A stretch of 63,838 bases of DNA, the filler included, from a bacterium (GTDB lineage: Bacteria; UBA9089; CG2-30-40-21; SBAY01), in assembly GCA_040757115.1 (NCBI GenBank). It is 15 parts of 15 records of this genome, joined end to end, with 100 filler letters (N's around TTAATTAATTAA, not from the genome) between each part and the next. Parts side by side here need not be neighbours in the genome. Positions count along the whole stretch, not along the records: positions 61,395 to 63,838 come from JBFLYA010000379.1; 14 more parts are not named here. One strand, 5' to 3'. The notes below the pieces were generated by a model that saw only the letters and a list, made by a program, of their open reading frames with translations, did no database searches and was not told where the DNA came from. A program made the position numbers and the translations under genes. This document shows positions 62,984-63,838 of the stretch, in pieces. Position 1 is the first letter of the stretch. Each line of letters starts with the position of its first letter.

Positions 62984-63775
62984 TCAATACCCCACCTCTA
63001 TCAAATATAATCCTTGCGGCGGGACAAGAGGACTTGCTTTTGCCCTATCCTTTGATTCTAAAATATGCTTAACATCTATCGGTGCTAATTTTTCACGACC
63101 AACATCTATCAAAGTCCCAACAATTGTCCGAATCATATTGAATAAAAAGGCGTTTGCCTTGATATTAAAAAATATAATCTCATTTTGTTCAGGAAACCAG
63201 AACTTGTTCGGGGTATTTTCCATCAACAAGTTGAGGCAGGCGTTAGTAGAAATACTAAGTTGTTGCACATCTCGGATAGGGTTTTTTACAGTTTTTATTT
63301 CTGAGGCAAAGGCACTGAAATCGTGAGTTCCAATCAGGAATTCACAGGCTTGACGCATCTTCTCTAAATTCAACTCAAATGGTAACCAATAGGTATAATG
63401 GCGATAAAATACATCAGGATATTTAGAATTAATGAGTAGATAGTGATATTTTCTATATTTAGCGGAAAAGCGGGCATGGAAGGTATCATCTACATAAGAG
63501 GCATCATAGACAACAATATCTTCGGGCAAATGGCTGTTTAGTGCCCTGGGAAATGCCTCGATTGGGATACGGGAATTCGTAAAGAAATTCACTACTTGAG
63601 TCCTCGCATGAACTTTCGCATCAGTTCTACTTGCACAGATGACTTTTATCTCCTCACCAGTCAATTCCTTTAAAGCCTTTTTTAATGTCCCACAAATCGT
63701 ATTTACATCTGGTTGAATTGCCCAACCATGATAATTTGTTCCATCGTAAGATAGAATGAGTTTGATATTTTTCAT
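62984..63775 (-). CDS. truA: tRNA pseudouridine(38-40) synthase
   Basis: YDGTNYHGW, SRTDAKVHA, FHARFSA, GTHDFSAF, FLFNMIR. Confidence 0.96.
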   Translation of the reverse strand: MKNIKLILSYDGTNYHGWAIQPDVNTICGTLKKALKELTGEEIKVICASRTDAKVHARTQVVNFFTNSRIPIEAFPRALNSHLPEDIVVYDASYVDDTFHARFSAKYRKYHYLLINSKYPDVFYRHYTYWLPFELNLEKMRQACEFLIGTHDFSAFASEIKTVKNPIRDVQQLSISTNACLNLLMENTPNKFWFPEQNEIIFFNIKANAFLFNMIRTIVGTLIDVGREKLAPIDVKHILESKDRAKASPLVPPQGLYLIEVGY

Positions 63776-63783
63776 CTGATTTT

Positions 63784-63838
63784 GTAACCGTTCAGGCTAT
63801 ATATCAAAAGTGTAAGAAAGGGGATAAGGAGATAAGGG
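63784..63838 (-). mobile_element. End of high-copy ~240-bp MITE
   Basis: GTAACCGTTCAGGCTATATATCAAAAG, reverse complement of the 14751 end. Confidence 0.8.

Overview
Low-GC bacterial DNA, probably a metagenome-assembled genome. It is 15 unlinked contigs joined by 100-nt N/TTAATTAATTAA spacers, so adjacency across spacers means nothing. The genes suggest a flagellated diderm (FliA, FapA, TamB, PorV-like barrel). Housekeeping genes include aroC, rpmH-rnpA-yidD-yidC-jag, ispG, truA and an accB fragment. The best candidate for an undescribed system is at 23260-35339. This operon looks like a covalently cross-linked, donor-strand-exchange fimbria built from split DUF11 domains: an acceptor-only lectin-like tip protein, three donor+acceptor shaft subunits, a donor-only base subunit ending in a T9SS-like sorting domain, and a PorV-like barrel, with TamB next door. 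Other notable items are two integron-like cassette arrays, one with canonical attC sites alternating with a repeated non-coding cassette and one with ~350-bp attC-like elements with crossing stems. There is also a prolific family of IS66-type-ended miniature elements with verifiable 8-bp target duplications carrying GxxExxY remnants, and two HEAT-repeat + papain-like amidase gene pairs. All assignments come from motif recognition by eye; no searches were run.
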